DNA of 61,860 nucleotides, the filler included, from Asterionella formosa (lineage: Eukaryota), in assembly GCA_002256025.1 (NCBI GenBank). It is 6 parts of 6 records of this genome, joined end to end, with 100 filler letters (N's around TTAATTAATTAA, not from the genome) between each part and the next. Parts side by side here need not be neighbours in the genome. Positions count along the whole stretch, not along the records: positions 51,642 to 61,860 come from NKIB01009758.1; 5 more parts are not named here. The stretch is one strand, 5' to 3'. A model generated the notes under the pieces. It did not search any database and had not been told where the DNA came from. It saw only the letters and a list, made by a program, of their open reading frames with translations. Every line of letters begins with the position of its first letter. The first letter of the stretch is position 1. Below, one piece after another: positions 61,703 through 61,860 of the stretch. A program made the translations under genes and the position numbers.

Positions 61703-61860
61703 CTATGGGGAAAGATGGAAGTAAGAATTTTTATTTACTCATAAATAGTTACTAAAAAAATGGTTATTTGTTTTTAATCAAGTACAGCCATTTGCAAATA
61801 ACCGGACGCTGGTGTCGTTTCTTTTGCTCCATCGACCGAGTCGGACAGAAGTGTCATGTT

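Overview
Eukaryotic nuclear DNA, most likely from a diatom, inferred from short GT-AG introns, CoDi-like Copia elements, bipartite plastid-type presequences and diatom-like FBA/TKL/PGRL1/NDK sequences. The window is not one locus. It is six scaffolds of about 10.2 kb in descending length order, joined by an artificial N-TTAATTAATTAA-N linker, so gene neighbourhoods across linkers are meaningless. Genes include a 2OG-Fe(II) oxygenase, a large secreted protein, NDK, 5S rRNA, class II aldolase, an RGG/RRM protein, an RNI-like LRR protein, SPC12, an ABCB transporter, an integrase-repeat-like plastid protein, ARV1, a secreted 2H phosphoesterase, SDS22, a bacterial-like repeat protein and transketolase. 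Decayed mobile elements include DIRS/Ngaro, Plavaka-like, IS630/Tc1-like and three Copia pieces. The most notable observations are: (1) a full-length ABCB/MDR transporter with permuted domain order TMD-NBD-NBD-TMD; (2) a complete tRNA-Ala-derived SINE with a 20-bp target-site duplication and a second copy elsewhere; (3) a 16-bp palindrome, TACCTGGTACCAGGTA, recurring upstream of several genes; (4) a class II aldolase with a putative C-terminal membrane anchor. All product calls come from motif recognition by eye, not from database searches.
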